Shown here: positions 61,121 to 64,000 of the stretch, one piece after another
Layout: each line of letters starts with the position of its first letter
How positions within the stretch are numbered: position 1 is the first letter of the stretch
Source of the DNA: Thermodesulfobacteriota bacterium
Lineage (GTDB): Bacteria; Desulfobacterota_D; UBA1144; Nemesobacterales; UBA2774
Assembly: GCA_965216785.1 (NCBI GenBank)
Contig: OZ244197.1
Coordinates: 640,001 to 704,000, forward strand
Length of the DNA stretch: 64,000 bases
Direction of reading: 5' to 3'
Notes under the pieces: model-generated
What the model was told of the DNA's origin: nothing
Database searches by the model: none
Seen by the model: only the letters and a program-made list of their open reading frames with translations
Made by a program: the position numbers and the translations under genes

Positions 61121-61762
61121 TTATATTCCTGCAAATTTATATTCCTGTCCCGATAGCTCTGCAATTCTTTTCATTATCGTGTCGGTTATTTTTTTTGGAG
61201 GCTCTCCGTTGAAAACCAATTGCTCACCGAAAGAAATATCTGCTTTCTTGTTATTCGGCCAGAACTTTCCCTTGGGCAGTATCTCAAAGGTGCCTTGTAT
61301 CCCGACTGGTATGACAGGCGTTGATGTTCTTCTAACAAGAGTACCTATGCCGCTTTTACCGCTCTGAAGTTTGCCATCAAGGCTTCTTGTGCCTTCAGGG
61401 TATAGCATGAGAACGCAGCCCTTTTTAAGATACTCTTCCGCAACTCTTAATCCGTCTCTGCCCATTTGTCTGTCGATCGGGATCATAGTCACGTACCTCT
61501 CAAAGAAAAGTTTGTACCATAACATATGTATAGAATCTGTAGTGTGCTCTTTTTTAGTAAGAATGTGAACCTTCCTCTTTCTTTCAGTGAGCACAAACTT
61601 GCCGACGAGGAAGTGGTCAAGATAGCTTATGTGGTTGGGCGCGATTATCGCAGGGCCTGTCTCGGGTATGTTCGAGGCGCCTTCAACATGCGCTACCCAG
61701 CTATCCAGAATGGGACCTATTACACACTTGTATAACAAGTTCAAGCGAATCTTATCGTTCAT
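61121..61762 (-). CDS. plsC: 1-acyl-sn-glycerol-3-phosphate acyltransferase family protein
   Basis: NHISYLD (HxxxxD), IPIDR, YPEGTRS. Confidence 0.85.
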   Translation of the reverse strand: MNDKIRLNLLYKCVIGPILDSWVAHVEGASNIPETGPAIIAPNHISYLDHFLVGKFVLTERKRKVHILTKKEHTTDSIHMLWYKLFFERYVTMIPIDRQMGRDGLRVAEEYLKKGCVLMLYPEGTRSLDGKLQSGKSGIGTLVRRTSTPVIPVGIQGTFEILPKGKFWPNNKKADISFGEQLVFNGEPPKKITDTIMKRIAELSGQEYKFAGI

Positions 61763-61884
61763 TCTTCAACCGGTAGACAGCTAATTTCTGAGACATTTTC
61801 GTAAACCCAAATCTCAAGTTTATTACATATATATTGTAACAGATAACCGGTTCAAATTTCTTTTAACTTGGGAGTTAATACACT

Positions 61885-63714
61885 TTATTCAGACTCCTGC
61901 TTTGCCCGTTTTTCTAATATCGCTCTCTTGGCGGCGTCAAGCTCCATCTTGCGGAGTCTCATGCTAAGAGGGGTAACCTCAACAAGCTCGTCCTCGGCGA
62001 TGAACTCTATTGCCTGATCCAGGGACAGCGGTCTTGGGGGTCTTAAAACCACAGTCGCCTCAGAAGTTGAGCTTCTCATATTGGTGAGCTTCTTTTCTTT
62101 TGTAATATTGACCGTGAGGTCGCCGTTACGGTTCCTTTCACCGATGATCATCCCAGTGTAAACCTGGGTGCCGACGTCTACGAAAAGCTCGCCCCTGTCT
62201 ACCATAGCAAGGCTTGCGTATGTGGTGGTTTTTCCGGGCCGGTCCGACACCAGGGCGCCTGTTGATCTTTGCGGGATCGGTCCGTACCAGGGCTCATATC
62301 CCTCAAAGAGCGTATTCATTACACCAGAGCCTTTTGTATCGATCAGGAACTGGCTTCTGAAGCCAATTAACCCCCTTGAGGTTATTATGAATTCAATGTC
62401 CACTCTTCCGTTGCCGTTATTATGAAGATTCACCATACGCCCTTTTCTCTTGGCTATGTTCTCGGTAATTACTCCTACATACTCCTCGGGTACGTCAATA
62501 AAAATGCGCTCCACAGGCTCGGTAATAGCGCCGTTTTCTTCTTTTGTGATAACCGTGGGCTTTGAGACCATAAACTCATAACCCTCGCGTCTCATCGTTT
62601 CAATGAGAACCGCCATTTGGAGCTCTCCGCGCCCCGCAACTTCAAAAGCATCAGCCCTATCGGTATCTTTTATTTGTATGGCCACGTTCCTTAGCTTTTC
62701 CCTATCTAGTCTTTCCCTAATCTGGCGGGAGGTTAAAAACTTACCCTCTTTCCCCCCGAACGGCCCGCTGTTTACGTAGAAGATCATGGATATCGTAGGC
62801 TCGTCCACTTTTATTCGCTCAAGTGCTACAGGGTTATCGATACTCGTTACCGTATCCCCAATCTGAACGCTGTCCTCGCCGGCAATAGCGATAATGTCTC
62901 CTGCTTCTACTTTGTCTACCTGAGTTTTCTGAAGCCCAGTGTATGTATATAAAACCGAAATTTTTATTGTGGATACCGAGTCCTCTTCCCCACACAGGGC
63001 GTAGCTTCGGTTAGACTCAAGCTCTCCGCTCATCATCCGTCCAATAGCCAGCCTTCCGACGTAGTTATCGTAATCTAAGTTGGTTATGAGAAACTGTGTA
63101 ACGGAGCCGTCCCCCACTTCGGGCCCAGGAATGGAGGAGACTATCTGATCGAAAAGTGGGATTAAATTATCCGATGCGTCGTCAATTTCACTATGCGCCG
63201 CTCCGATTTTCGCATTCGTATATACGATCGGAAACTCTATCTGCTCTTCGTTCGCATCAAGCTCTATAAACAGATCGTAGACTTCGTCTATAACTTCTCC
63301 CGGACGGGCGTCAGGCCTGTCGATCTTGTTGATTACCAGTATGATAGGGAGCTTTTTTTCCAGAGCTTTCTGTACCACGAAACGGGTTTGCGGCAGCGGG
63401 CCTTCGCTTGCGTCGACCAGAAGCAACGCTCCGTCAACCATATTCAAGCTCCGCTCTACTTCCCCTCCGAAATCCGCGTGGCCGGGGGTATCGACTATAT
63501 TAATTTTGATGTCCTTATATAGTACCGCTGTATTTTTCGCAGTAATAGTAATTCCACGCTCTTTCTCAAGGTCCATCGAGTCCATAACCCTTTCTTCCAC
63601 CTGCTGGTGCTCGTGGAACACTCCGCTTTGGTTTAGCATAGCATCAACCAGAGTTGTCTTGCCATGATCTACGTGCGCGATTATCGCTATATTTCTTAAA
63701 TTATCCTTTCGCAT
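61885..63714 (-). CDS. typA: Translational GTPase TypA/BipA
   Basis: [42 protein letters not shown]. Confidence 0.97.
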   Translation of the reverse strand: MRKDNLRNIAIIAHVDHGKTTLVDAMLNQSGVFHEHQQVEERVMDSMDLEKERGITITAKNTAVLYKDIKINIVDTPGHADFGGEVERSLNMVDGALLLVDASEGPLPQTRFVVQKALEKKLPIILVINKIDRPDARPGEVIDEVYDLFIELDANEEQIEFPIVYTNAKIGAAHSEIDDASDNLIPLFDQIVSSIPGPEVGDGSVTQFLITNLDYDNYVGRLAIGRMMSGELESNRSYALCGEEDSVSTIKISVLYTYTGLQKTQVDKVEAGDIIAIAGEDSVQIGDTVTSIDNPVALERIKVDEPTISMIFYVNSGPFGGKEGKFLTSRQIRERLDREKLRNVAIQIKDTDRADAFEVAGRGELQMAVLIETMRREGYEFMVSKPTVITKEENGAITEPVERIFIDVPEEYVGVITENIAKRKGRMVNLHNNGNGRVDIEFIITSRGLIGFRSQFLIDTKGSGVMNTLFEGYEPWYGPIPQRSTGALVSDRPGKTTTYASLAMVDRGELFVDVGTQVYTGMIIGERNRNGDLTVNITKEKKLTNMRSSTSEATVVLRPPRPLSLDQAIEFIAEDELVEVTPLSMRLRKMELDAAKRAILEKRAKQESE

Positions 63715-64000
63715 ATAAAAATCTATCTCCTGAGAACTATGAGTTACTAAGTTTGAAACGCTTAATCATATATGATAATAGAGAATGTAAAACCCTTTCT
63801 TGAAACTTATGTCCCAACCTTTTTACTAGCAATGTAAAATTACACCCTGTTTATTTTCTAAAGAGCCGCTTCACAGACGGTTAATTGTTTAACTACACTT
63901 TTATTGACTGGACTAAAGTTTTAGGGCAAACTCAAACTAAAGTCTCATTGTTAATTCTAGATTATGCGGATAATATCATAATATGAATTCTTCCCCGACG

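Noticed and set aside
469-63667. The many 60-190 aa ORFs antisense or out of frame within recognised genes (e.g. 8883-9335, 29572-30135, 34384-34821, 51214-51729)
   Set aside because: They overlap well-supported genes and show no recognisable motifs; interpreted as shadow ORFs.
1-64000. CRISPR array, rRNA, transposase or integrase
   Set aside because: No regularly spaced repeats with unique spacers and no matching ORFs or rRNA-like sequence; the only periodic repeats are coding (PMP and collagen).

Overview
64-kb bacterial chromosomal window, roughly 45% GC by eye and densely coding. The protein styles (deltaproteobacterial-like housekeeping genes, IPTL-CTERM and myxobacterial-type Cys-rich surface proteins) suggest a Desulfobacterota-related lineage such as Ca. 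Dadabacteria; this is inference only. Most of the window is core genome: lepA, trpE/trpG, tadA, rpmH-rnpA-yidD-yidC-jag, pncB, gltX, coaE, a three-gene acyl-CoA carboxylase, rsmA, ftsB, thrC, thiE, leuS, UDG, gpsA/plsC and typA. Catabolic and signalling genes are interspersed: two nitrilases, an ILVBL/HACL-like ThDP enzyme, two near-duplicate CaiC-like CoA ligases, a multi-PAS/GAF hybrid kinase, a pentameric ligand-gated ion channel and a deoxyhypusine-synthase-like gene. An accessory block (about 51.8-60.1 kb) follows tRNA-Arg(CCG). It contains (i) an integrase-less cassette bounded by a degenerate copy of the tRNA 3' half and carrying a PMP-repeat/collagen surface protein, (ii) small orphan genes, and (iii) the best candidate for an undescribed system: a GAF-PAS sigma-54 activator followed by tandem GCGATATATCGC palindromes, a -24/-12 promoter, a small secreted protein and two SAM methyltransferases. 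Other notable signals are a recurrent leaderless-type promoter architecture and a membrane GAF-GAF-GGDEF cyclase gene abutting ftsB. No CRISPR array, rRNA, transposase or integrase was seen. Start codons were adjusted by eye where the ORF track seemed to over-extend; no database searches were run.
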